From NCBI RefSeq assembly GCF_003044035.1, contig NZ_NVQC01000023.1, forward strand, positions 60,001 to 92,000: 32,000 nt of DNA, read 5' to 3'. The position numbers and the translations under genes were made by a program. Below the pieces are notes generated by a model. That model made no database searches. It was not told the DNA's origin and saw only the letters and a list, made by a program, of their open reading frames with translations. Source of the DNA: Candidatus Methylomirabilis limnetica (GTDB lineage Bacteria > Methylomirabilota > Methylomirabilia > Methylomirabilales > Methylomirabilaceae). Below, one piece after another: positions 15,388 through 23,611 of this stretch (its first letter is position 1; each line of letters begins with the position of its first letter).

Positions 15388-16614
15388 ATGCTATGGTCTG
15401 ACCGATATTTGCCAAGTTTCGACCCGCAGAGAGGCGCGCCCAGGATGCCATTCAAGGACGAGATCGTCGCGGCGGTCGATCGACTATCGAGCAAGCTGAT
15501 CGCCACCAGCCGCTTCCTGCACCTGCATCCGGAGTTGGCCTATGAGGAGCGGGAGTCCTCGCGACACCTGACCTCACTCCTGAAGGCGCATGGCTTTGAG
15601 GTGGTCGAGGGGGTTGGCGGCCTACCGACTGCCTTTGTCGCCTCGGCGGGCGTCGATCACCCATCAGCAACCATTGCCTTTCTTGCCGAATACGATGCGC
15701 TGCCCTCGCTCGGTCATGCCTGTGGCCACAACCTGATCGCTACCAGTTCCATCGGCGCCGCCATGGCTTTACAACCGTCTCTGCCGATGCTCGGGGGACG
15801 AGTATTGGTGATCGGCTGTCCCGCCGAGGAGAAGGGCGGGGGCAAGATTGCCTTGGTGAAGGCCGGCCTATTCGCCAACGTCAGTGCCGCGCTTCTGGTC
15901 CACCCCAGCAATCGAACTGAGATCTTCAAGAGTGCTCTGGCGATGCGGGCGCTCAAGGTTGAGTTCTTCGGAAAGGCGAGCCACTCCGCCGCAGCCCCCC
16001 ATCTCGGCATTAATGCCCTCGATGCCGTGGTGCTCAGCTTCACGAACCTCAACGCTCTTCGCCAACAGCTTCGGCAAGATGCCAGGATTCATGGGATCAT
16101 CACCGACGGCGGTCTGGCACCCAACATCATCCCGGACTATGCCGCCGCAAGGTTTTGCATTCGAGCGCTGGACCTTGAGTACCTGCACGACCTGCAGCGT
16201 CGCGTGGTCGCCTGTTTCGAAGCCGCCGCCCAAGCTACAGGAGCAACGGTTGCGATTCACGAGGAAGGCGAGGAGTATCATCCCATGCAGTGCAATCGAG
16301 CACTAGGTACTCTCTTCAGGGTAAACCTGGAGGCATTGGGTGAGCGGGTGGAGCAAACGCCAGAGGATCAAGATCTTGGTTCTACCGATGTAGGTAATGT
16401 CAGTCAAGTCGTCCCTACGCTCCAACCAACCATCGCCTTGACTGACCAACTTGACGTAGTCTGTCACTCCACCGCCTTCGCCGAGGCCGCCGGTGGGCCC
16501 GCCGGCGACCGAGCCATACTCATCGCGGCCAAGGCGCTTGCCATGACTGCGGTGGATCTGTTCACCGACCCTGCCACATTGCGGCAGGTCCAAGAAGAGT
16601 TTCAATGGGCGTGA
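15388..16614 (+). CDS. M20/M25/M40-family amidohydrolase (AbgB/aminoacylase-like)
   Basis: ORF containing RFLHLHPELAYEERESSRHL...GLPTAFVA...IAFLAEYDALPSLGHACGHNLI...GCPAEEKGGGK, the typical M20 amidohydrolase metal-site context. The start is either the ATG at 15388 (same upstream motif and spacing as the 13606 start) or the ATG at 15445 (MPFKDEIVAAV...). Confidence 0.85.
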   Translation: MLWSDRYLPSFDPQRGAPRMPFKDEIVAAVDRLSSKLIATSRFLHLHPELAYEERESSRHLTSLLKAHGFEVVEGVGGLPTAFVASAGVDHPSATIAFLAEYDALPSLGHACGHNLIATSSIGAAMALQPSLPMLGGRVLVIGCPAEEKGGGKIALVKAGLFANVSAALLVHPSNRTEIFKSALAMRALKVEFFGKASHSAAAPHLGINALDAVVLSFTNLNALRQQLRQDARIHGIITDGGLAPNIIPDYAAARFCIRALDLEYLHDLQRRVVACFEAAAQATGATVAIHEEGEEYHPMQCNRALGTLFRVNLEALGERVEQTPEDQDLGSTDVGNVSQVVPTLQPTIALTDQLDVVCHSTAFAEAAGGPAGDRAILIAAKALAMTAVDLFTDPATLRQVQEEFQWA

Positions 16615-16708
16615 GTGTTCCTCAGCGAAGCGCCGCCCGCCCTGTTCTGACCTGCCGACCATTCTCGCGTTGCATAGCCCGGTATCGGCGTTCGCATCAC
16701 GAGGCCCT

Positions 16709-17398
16709 ATGAAGCTCTCTGTACTCATTCCAGTGTATAATGAGCGGGACACCGTGGAGCTGCTCCTTAAGCGGGTGGAAGCGGCGCCCTACGAGAAGGA
16801 GATTATCCTTGTCGATGACGCCTCAACCGATGGGACGCGTGAGATTCTCACTCGGCTGGCGAGGGACCACCGGGATCAGGTGCGCCTGATCCTCCACCCA
16901 GACAACCGTGGGAAGGGGGCTGCGATTCGGACCGCGATCGAGCACGTGACGGGCGACATCGTCATCATCCAGGACGCCGACCTGGAGTACGACCCGCAAG
17001 ATTACCCGAAATTGCTGGAGCCAATCCTGGACGGCCATGCCGACGTCGTCTTCGGCAACCGGTTTCATGGCGGCCCGCATCGGGTCTTGTACTTCTGGCA
17101 CTCTGTTGGGAATCGGCTCCTGACCACCCTCTGCAACATTGTCACGAATCTGAACCTGAGCGATATGGAGGTCGGGTACAAGGTCTTCCGATCCGAAATC
17201 CTCCAGCGCCTGCGGCTAAAATCGAACCGGTTCGGCATCGAGCCGGAACTGACCGTGAAGGTGGCGAAGTTGGAATGCCGGATCTATGAGGTCCCAATCG
17301 CCTATCACGGCCGGACCTATGCCGAGGGGAAGAAGATTGGATGGAAGGATGGCATCGCCGCGCTCTATTACATCCTCCGCTTCCGGCTGTTCGATTGA
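16709..17398 (+). CDS. family 2 glycosyltransferase, DPM1/Ppm1/ArnC-type (polyprenyl-phosphate sugar synthase-like)
   Basis: The in-frame ATG at 16709 (GAGG 5 nt upstream) gives MKLSVLIPVYNERDTVE...IILVDDASTDGT...IIQDADLEYDP. This is the GT-A core with a DxD (DAD) motif. 229 aa with no TM helices. Confidence 0.85.
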   Translation: MKLSVLIPVYNERDTVELLLKRVEAAPYEKEIILVDDASTDGTREILTRLARDHRDQVRLILHPDNRGKGAAIRTAIEHVTGDIVIIQDADLEYDPQDYPKLLEPILDGHADVVFGNRFHGGPHRVLYFWHSVGNRLLTTLCNIVTNLNLSDMEVGYKVFRSEILQRLRLKSNRFGIEPELTVKVAKLECRIYEVPIAYHGRTYAEGKKIGWKDGIAALYYILRFRLFD

Positions 17399-17479
17399 CG
17401 CAAAGGGCCACCGACCCGCGCCCCTTACCCTCCTCTGGCCGTCTCAAGGACGCGATCGGTGGACTGTGAAACGGTAGCC

Positions 17480-18658
17480 ATGAAAGTCATCGGGCTCATG
17501 TCTGGGACGTCGGCGGACGGAATCGATGTCGCCCTTCTGGAGATCGGTATCAACAAAGGGCTGCCGCAGCTCCGGCTGCTGCGCTTCGCGGTATTTTCTT
17601 TTCCCAACGGGCTCCGGGAGCGAATTTTGCGAGTGGCAGACGCTGGATCGGGTGCCACCTCTGAGATCTGTCGTTTGAATGTTCTGCTTGGTGAGCTTTT
17701 CGCGAAAGCGGCAATCTCGGTGGCCCGGAGTGCCCGCGTGCCGCTACGGGACGTGGCGCTCATTGGTTCGCACGGGCAGACCATCGCCCACCTCCCTGAC
17801 CCTGCGGTTGAACACGGGGTATCGGTCCGCTCCACGCTACAGATCGGGGAGTCATCAGTCATTGCCGAGCGGACTGGCGTCACGACTGTGGCCGACTTCC
17901 GCCCTCGGGACATGGCGGCGGGCGGCGAGGGCGCGCCGCTCACCCCTTATTTGCATGCGCTGCTCTTTCGGCATCCTCGTCGGGACCGGATTGTCCTGAA
18001 CCTGGGTGGGATCGCCAACCTCACCTTCCTGCCGAGGGGCCGCGGCCTGCGCGGCGTGTTGGCGTTTGACACGGGACCGGGCAATGTTTTGATCGATGGG
18101 CTTGTGGCACGCCTGACCGGCGGCGCGATGAGCGTTGACCTGGATGGCCGGATCGCCGCCTCTGGGGAGGTAGATCCGCGTCTGCTGCGATGGCTCATGG
18201 CTCATGCCTACTTTCGTCGCAAGCCACCCAAAAGCACGGGGCGGGAAGAGTTTGGGCCGACACTGATCGACGCCCTGCTCCGCCGCGCGGCAGCCCGTGG
18301 CATTACAGAGGAGGATCTAGTGGCAACTGTTACAGCCTTCACGGCGCAGTCGGTGGCGCTCCACGTCCGACGTGAACTTCCACACAATACCGTTTCGCCA
18401 GAACTGATCACCTGTGGCGGCGGGGCCAACAACCCGATGCTGATCAAGGGACTTGAAGCCGCGCTGCCTGAAAGCCGTCTCCTTTCCGCTGATGAGGCTG
18501 GCTTTCCAGGGCGGGCTATCGAGGCCTCAGCCTTCGCACTGCTCGCCTACCTCACCGCCCACGGCCTGCCAGGCAATCTGCCCCGCATCACCGGGGCGAC
18601 CCATAGCGCGATCCTGGGCAAGATCGTTCCGGGACGGGCATTTCAGGGGCTACGATGA
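17480..18658 (+). CDS. anmK: anhydro-N-acetylmuramic acid kinase
   Basis: The in-frame ATG at 17480 gives MKVIGLMSGTSADGIDVALLEI..., the AnmK N-terminal signature. Later motifs are DFR.RDMAAGGEGAPL and CGGGANNPMLI. Length is about 392 aa. Confidence 0.9.
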   Translation: MKVIGLMSGTSADGIDVALLEIGINKGLPQLRLLRFAVFSFPNGLRERILRVADAGSGATSEICRLNVLLGELFAKAAISVARSARVPLRDVALIGSHGQTIAHLPDPAVEHGVSVRSTLQIGESSVIAERTGVTTVADFRPRDMAAGGEGAPLTPYLHALLFRHPRRDRIVLNLGGIANLTFLPRGRGLRGVLAFDTGPGNVLIDGLVARLTGGAMSVDLDGRIAASGEVDPRLLRWLMAHAYFRRKPPKSTGREEFGPTLIDALLRRAAARGITEEDLVATVTAFTAQSVALHVRRELPHNTVSPELITCGGGANNPMLIKGLEAALPESRLLSADEAGFPGRAIEASAFALLAYLTAHGLPGNLPRITGATHSAILGKIVPGRAFQGLR

Positions 18659-19392
18659 CAAATCCAGCGTACTATGAAGCCGTGGTTCGATTGCTCAGCG
18701 AGATCCAGCGAAGCCAGGCGGAGGCGATCGACCGGGCTGCCGATCTGATCTTCTCATCCCTCGTGGCTGACGGTGTCCTGCACATCTTTGGAAGTGGTCA
18801 CTCCCATTCAGTGGCCGAAGAGGCGTTCCATCGCGCTGGGGGGCTGGTTCCCGTCAATACCATGACCGAGCCGTTTCTGAGCCCGCTCACGTCTCCAAAG
18901 AAGAGCGGGCGGCTAGAGCGGCTCAGCGGCCTTGCGGTGATTCTACTCGACTACCACGATCCGCAGCCCGACGAGGTCCTCATCATCGTCTCCAACGCCG
19001 GGATCAACCCGGTCTCAGTCGAGTTAGCGTTGGAAGCGAAGAAGCGAGAACTTATGGTCATCGCGATCACGTCGCTCCGTCACTCCCAAGCCGTGGCCTC
19101 GCGCCATCCGAGCGGCCAGCGCCTCTTCGAGGTGGCTGACCTCGTTATCGACAACTACGGCGAGGCCGGCGATGGCGCCCTCACCTTCCCCGGCCTTACG
19201 GCGAAGGTGGGGCCGACCTCACTTATAGCCGGGGCCTTCATCGTCAACTCCATCGTCTGCGGCGTGGTGGCGCGATTCCTCGCGAAGGGGCTTACGCCGC
19301 CAGTCTATCTCAGCGCTAATCTACCAGGTGGCGATGAGCATAACCGCCAGCTTGAGGCGAAGTATAAAGGACGGATCAAATTATTGGGTTGA
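18655..19392 (+). CDS. SIS (sugar isomerase) domain protein, short UPF0309-like type
   Basis: 245-aa ORF whose ATG overlaps the anmK stop (ATGA). It contains LHIFGSGHSHSVAEEAFHRAGGLVPVN and IIVSNAGINPVSVELA, typical of the UPF0309 SIS family. It is shorter than, and different from, the roughly 300-aa MurQ etherase. Confidence 0.8.
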   Translation: MTNPAYYEAVVRLLSEIQRSQAEAIDRAADLIFSSLVADGVLHIFGSGHSHSVAEEAFHRAGGLVPVNTMTEPFLSPLTSPKKSGRLERLSGLAVILLDYHDPQPDEVLIIVSNAGINPVSVELALEAKKRELMVIAITSLRHSQAVASRHPSGQRLFEVADLVIDNYGEAGDGALTFPGLTAKVGPTSLIAGAFIVNSIVCGVVARFLAKGLTPPVYLSANLPGGDEHNRQLEAKYKGRIKLLG

Positions 19393-19426
19393 GAAAGCGC
19401 CAGACTTGATTAGCCAACAAACCCAA

Positions 19427-19462
19427 CCCCCCTTTGGCAAAGGGGGGGTACGGGGGGATTTC
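19427..19462 (+). repeat. REP-like intergenic element: C6TTT-GGC-AAAG7 hairpin + G6ATTT
   Basis: CCCCCCTTTGGCAAAGGGGGGGTACGGGGGGATTTC between the SIS and D-aminoacylase genes. The same module occurs at 25132..25169 and 30145..30180. Confidence 0.75.
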
Positions 19463-19488
19463 AACCGTGGGCGATTTTCTGAGCAACT

Positions 19489-21069
19489 ATGTATGATCTG
19501 ATAATTCGCGATGCGAACCTCATTGACGGGACTGGCGCCTCCGCACGACGCGCCGACCTTGCCGTCGTAGGTGACCGTATCGCAGAGATCGGGCATATCG
19601 CCCCATCCTTGGGGCATCGGGTGATCGAGGCGGCCGGCCTTACGCTTTCTCCCGGCTTCGTGGATATCCACTCGCACTCCGATTACCATCTCCTGCTTCA
19701 GCCGACGGCTGACAGCGCCGTTCGACAGGGGGTGACCCTCGAGATCGGGGGCAATTGCGGATATGCGGCCGCCCCGATATGGGGACCCTGGCTGGAAGAA
19801 CGGACGGCCACCTATCGTAACCTCTACGGCCTCGACCATGCCTGGCAGGCGGTGGCGGACTACTTCGCGCGACTGGAGGCGACTGGGATCTCCGAGAACT
19901 TCGGTCTCCTGATCGGTCATAACACGCTGCGGGGCTCAGCCATGGGCGGTGCTAACCGCCCGCCCTCATCGCAGGAACTTGAGGCGATGATCGAGGGAGC
20001 GCGACAAGGGATGGCCGAGGGCGCGCTTGGTTTGTCCACAGGTCTGGTGTATGCCCCGGCCTGCTTCTCCAGGCCTGACGAGCTTGCGATGATTGCAGCC
20101 GCAGTGCGGGAGGCTGGCGGCATCCTCACCTGCCACATGCGGAGCGAAGGCGACGGGCTGATCGAGGCGATCGATGAAATTATCGGAGTGGCGGAGAAGG
20201 CGGAAATCCCCCTTCAGATCTCTCACCTCAAGACATCTGGAGAGCGCAACTGGCCGAAGCTTCACGAGGCGCTTCGGCGTATTGAAGAGGCGCGAGCACG
20301 CGGCCTTGACGTTTCCTGCGACCGGTATCCCTACACTGCCTCCAACACCGGGCTTCAAGCGGTCCTGCCGGATTGGGCCTTAGAAGGCGGGCAACGGGAT
20401 CGGACCGAACGGTTAGGCAACCCGGCAGCGCGCGCCCGGATTACGCAGGAACTGACCACGCACTACCCACCTGATTACTGGTCCCGACTGATGATCTCCG
20501 AGGTCACGCGCGAGGAGAATCGACGGTATGAGGGATTGCGTGTCGCTGAGGCGGCGAAACTGGCCGAGACGCAGCCGGTCCACTTCGTCCTCGATCTGCT
20601 GCTAGCAGAGCAGATGCAGGTCGATGCTATCTTCTTTACCATGTGTGAAGAGAACCTGGAGGCGATCCTAGCACAGCCATATGCGATGATCGGGTCAGAC
20701 TCCGGGTGTCGCGGACACGAAGGTCCGCTCAGTCATGGTCGGCCTCATCCAAGAACCTTCGGGACCTTCCCGCGGGTGCTGGGCCACTTCGTGCGGGAAA
20801 GGCGTCTACTCGATCTGCCAACCGCCATCAGGAAGATGACCTGGGATCCTTGCCGCAAGCTCGGTATTCTGGACCGGGGACATCTGCAGCCTGGCTGCGC
20901 GGCCGACCTTGTCCTCTTCGACTCGGCGACCGTGTCGGACAGGGCGACCTACGAGGCCCCGTTACAGTACCCCACCGGTATCCATCACGTCTTCGTCAAC
21001 GGGGTCCCGGTCGTTGAGAGCGGCGAGCACACCGGTGCCAGACCCGGCCGCGTCGTGCGGAGGGCATGA
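19489..21069 (+). CDS. D-aminoacylase family amidohydrolase (N-acyl-D-amino-acid deacylase-like)
   Basis: 526-aa ORF: MYDLIIRDANLIDGTG...DLAVVGDRIAEIG...LSPGFVDIHSHSD...GVTLEIGGNCG. This is the canonical N-terminal beta-sandwich plus HxH metal motif of D-aminoacylases. C-terminal VFVNGVPVVESGEHTGARPGRVVR. Confidence 0.88.
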   Translation: MYDLIIRDANLIDGTGASARRADLAVVGDRIAEIGHIAPSLGHRVIEAAGLTLSPGFVDIHSHSDYHLLLQPTADSAVRQGVTLEIGGNCGYAAAPIWGPWLEERTATYRNLYGLDHAWQAVADYFARLEATGISENFGLLIGHNTLRGSAMGGANRPPSSQELEAMIEGARQGMAEGALGLSTGLVYAPACFSRPDELAMIAAAVREAGGILTCHMRSEGDGLIEAIDEIIGVAEKAEIPLQISHLKTSGERNWPKLHEALRRIEEARARGLDVSCDRYPYTASNTGLQAVLPDWALEGGQRDRTERLGNPAARARITQELTTHYPPDYWSRLMISEVTREENRRYEGLRVAEAAKLAETQPVHFVLDLLLAEQMQVDAIFFTMCEENLEAILAQPYAMIGSDSGCRGHEGPLSHGRPHPRTFGTFPRVLGHFVRERRLLDLPTAIRKMTWDPCRKLGILDRGHLQPGCAADLVLFDSATVSDRATYEAPLQYPTGIHHVFVNGVPVVESGEHTGARPGRVVRRA

Positions 21070-21072
21070 CCA

Positions 21073-21798
21073 ATGCGTCCGAGAATCGGAATCACGAGCT
21101 GGCATTATCGGGATGACGAAGAGCGGTGGGAGGCGGTACTGGAAGGTTACTCCCGCGCCGTCCTCGGCGCTGGTGGCTTGCCGCTGATCCTTCCTGTTGC
21201 CTCCGCGGAGCCTGCCCTGATCGAGGCATACCTGGAGACGATCGACGGGCTCATCTTGACCGGAGGGGCCGATATTCACCCCTCCTTTTATGGACAGACC
21301 GTTCTCGAACGATGCGGTGAGATCGACGAAGAACGCGATCGCTTCGAAATGGAGTTGGTTCGTGCGGCCCGCAATCGTGACCTGCCGCTCTTAGGGATCT
21401 GCCGCGGCCTCCAGGTCGTCAACGTGGCCCTGGGCGGCAGCCTATATCAGGACCTCTCTTACCGGCACGAGACCGACCCGGCCCACCAGAGCCCTCGCGA
21501 GCGGCGCGGGGAGCCAGCCCACGCGGTGGCGATTATGGAAGGCTCTCGCCTCGCTCAGTTGCTCGGTGTTCGAGAGTTGGACGTGACCAGCACCCACCAC
21601 CAGATCATCCGCGACCTGGCGCCCAATCTTACGGTCAACGCGGTCGCTCCAGACGGGGTCATCGAGGGGGTTGAGGGCGCTGGACGCTTTCTTCTCGCCG
21701 TCCACTGGCACCCCGAGCGGATGGTTACCCGCCACCCCGAGCAGCTCGCGCTCTTTCGGGCTCTCGTTGAGGCAGCCGGCACAGCCCATCGCCACTGA
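21073..21798 (+). CDS. class I glutamine amidotransferase-like peptidase C26 (gamma-glutamyl hydrolase, PuuD-like)
   Basis: 241-aa ORF, 3 nt after the previous stop, with a GGAGGG RBS. Contains RPRIGITS..., LILTGGADIHPSFYG, the nucleophile context LLGICRGLQVVNVALGGSLYQDL, and SFHHQ-like THHQ and HWHPE. Confidence 0.85.
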   Translation: MRPRIGITSWHYRDDEERWEAVLEGYSRAVLGAGGLPLILPVASAEPALIEAYLETIDGLILTGGADIHPSFYGQTVLERCGEIDEERDRFEMELVRAARNRDLPLLGICRGLQVVNVALGGSLYQDLSYRHETDPAHQSPRERRGEPAHAVAIMEGSRLAQLLGVRELDVTSTHHQIIRDLAPNLTVNAVAPDGVIEGVEGAGRFLLAVHWHPERMVTRHPEQLALFRALVEAAGTAHRH

Positions 21799-21818
21799 TT
21801 ACCTTGCTGTCGCACTGA

Positions 21819-21839
21819 GGGCAGCCACAAGGGCTGCCC
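21819..21839. terminator. GC hairpin between convergent genes (candidate bidirectional terminator)
   Basis: GGGCAGCC-ACAAG-GGCTGCCC: an 8-bp perfect stem located between the stop of the C26 gene (21798) and the stop of the minus-strand M48-like gene (21894). There is no clear U-tract on either strand. Confidence 0.3.
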
Positions 21840-21893
21840 CTACGTCCCGCGCAGCAAATCCCCCTTATACTCTCCCCGCACCGCTCTTCACCG

Positions 21894-22532
21894 CTACCCC
21901 ACGCACTCCTCCTTCGCAGCGGTAATGAGATCGTCGAAGGGCGGGGGTACGTCTTTGATCGGCTCATGCCAGCTCCTCCCCTGCTCCTTCTGCTTCTTAC
22001 GTAACGCAATCCACATAGTACACGGCCGACCGTTATGAAGCCAGAGCCGTAGGCCGATGCGCTCTGCATTGATCTCCTGACCTAGGGTATACTCTCTGCT
22101 CCCCACCATTCCATCCACAATTCCTGTCAGCAGGAGACCTCCAGGCACAACAGCGATAGCGGTCAGCTCTGCGGCCTGGCGACTGTCTGAAACATCCGTT
22201 TTGCTGACGGGATGGGCCAACAGGTCGTGACCGAGACTGTGGGCGATAAGCTGGGCCAACTCGTCGTCGGACGCATCATGAGCTGCCGGCTGGCTGATGT
22301 AAATGATGCCTGGGGCGATATTCCATTCGGAGGCCCGATCGTCGCCGACGATGTGGAACGCGAACGATCTTCGGCGAATACTCAACGGGAGCGTCTTCAG
22401 CAACATGTGAGCGCTCCGCTCCACGCGGATCTTTTCAGTGGGGGCAGAAAGGACTTGCAGACCGGCACCTGCACTGCACGCGGTGAGCGCCAGCATGCAG
22501 AAAGCTCCAACCGCTCGACCTAGACGCTTCAC
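21894..22532 (-). CDS. M48-like lipoprotein with degenerate zinc motif (HSLGH instead of HExxH)
   Basis: 212-aa ORF whose GTG start overlaps the nagZ stop (GTGA). Lipobox MLALTAC. DDELAQLIAHSLGHDLLAH aligns with the DELA.V.AHE.GH core of M48 (Ste24/HtpX/YcaL-like) peptidases, but the catalytic Glu codon is AGT (Ser). Confidence 0.7.
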   Translation of the reverse strand: MKRLGRAVGAFCMLALTACSAGAGLQVLSAPTEKIRVERSAHMLLKTLPLSIRRRSFAFHIVGDDRASEWNIAPGIIYISQPAAHDASDDELAQLIAHSLGHDLLAHPVSKTDVSDSRQAAELTAIAVVPGGLLLTGIVDGMVGSREYTLGQEINAERIGLRLWLHNGRPCTMWIALRKKQKEQGRSWHEPIKDVPPPFDDLITAAKEECVG

Positions 22533-23611
22533 GACCCCTTGTCGTCCATCCCGACGCTCTCGGCGAGGCGCCGGTGGGCATCACAGCCCACAACCGCGCG
22601 GATCTCCCCGGTGGATGCTGCCATCTTACGGTGCAGGTGCTGGGCCTTGGCATCGGCGATTCGTTTGCACGAAGCCAGCACCCGCGCCTCGGATAGCCGC
22701 CCGGTCTCTACCGCCTCGGTCACGACAACAAGCGCCTGTCGTTGCGCTGCCTCGTCCTCGCAGATCAGCATGAGATCGCCTCCGGCCTCAATGAACCGAA
22801 CAGCCGCCTCACCGGGATGGGTGCTGTCTGCGATCCCCTTCATCAAGAGGTCGTCACTAATGACCAGATTACGAAAGCCCAATTCCTGCCTTAGCAGATC
22901 GGTCAGAATACGTCGCGATAGCGTGGCCGGATGTTCCGGGTCCAGGGCAGGCAGCAGGAGATGAGCCGTCATCAGCGCCGGGATACCTGCCTTGATTGCG
23001 TATGCGAATGGGGCAAGTTCTACTGCCGAGAGGCGGCCAACGTCGTGCGGCACGACTGGCAGCGCCAGGTGAGAATCGACTGTCGTATCACCGTGGCCAG
23101 GGAAGTGCTTGCCTACCGCAATCACACCCTCGGACGCGAGCCCTCGGTAAAAGGCGATCCCATGTTGGGCCACCACCTGCGCGTCTGAACCGTAGCATCG
23201 ACCCGCCATGACCGGGTTTGCCGGATTGCTCAGGACATCAAGCACCGGCGCCATATTCATGTTGATCCCCACCACCATGAGCTCCCTGGCTATCGCGGAA
23301 GCCACCGCATGGGTCAGCTCGGTCGAGCCAACCGCTCCAACCGCTGAGGCGGATAGCCACCGGGTAAAGGGGGGTGCGAGGCGACTAACCTTCCCACCTT
23401 CCTGGTCAATAGCGAAAAAGAGTGGGGTCGGCGAGGCAACTTGTAGTGCGTTCGTAAGAGCCGCAATCTCCTCCGGATCGCCAAGGTTGCGCCCAAACAG
23501 GATCAAGCCGCCGGGAGTGAGGTCGCGCACGAAGGTCTTGAGGGCCTCGGATGGCGTGTGACCTTCAAACCCAAGGATGAAGAGCTGACCGATCGCCTCT
23601 CGCAGGGTCAT
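22529..23611 (-). CDS. nagZ: beta-N-acetylhexosaminidase (GH3)
   Basis: 360-aa ORF: IGQLFILGFEG...GGLILFGRNL...IDQEGG.V.RL... and the catalytic region KHFPGHGDTTVDSHLALPVV. The ATG overlaps the upstream stop (ATGA). Confidence 0.9.
   Translation of the reverse strand: MTLREAIGQLFILGFEGHTPSEALKTFVRDLTPGGLILFGRNLGDPEEIAALTNALQVASPTPLFFAIDQEGGKVSRLAPPFTRWLSASAVGAVGSTELTHAVASAIARELMVVGINMNMAPVLDVLSNPANPVMAGRCYGSDAQVVAQHGIAFYRGLASEGVIAVGKHFPGHGDTTVDSHLALPVVPHDVGRLSAVELAPFAYAIKAGIPALMTAHLLLPALDPEHPATLSRRILTDLLRQELGFRNLVISDDLLMKGIADSTHPGEAAVRFIEAGGDLMLICEDEAAQRQALVVVTEAVETGRLSEARVLASCKRIADAKAQHLHRKMAASTGEIRAVVGCDAHRRLAESVGMDDKGS

Noticed and set aside
17425-18447. Antisense ORFs (172, 116, 83 and 79 aa) within anmK
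   Set aside because: They are typical GC-rich antisense frames, and anmK itself has unambiguous family signatures.
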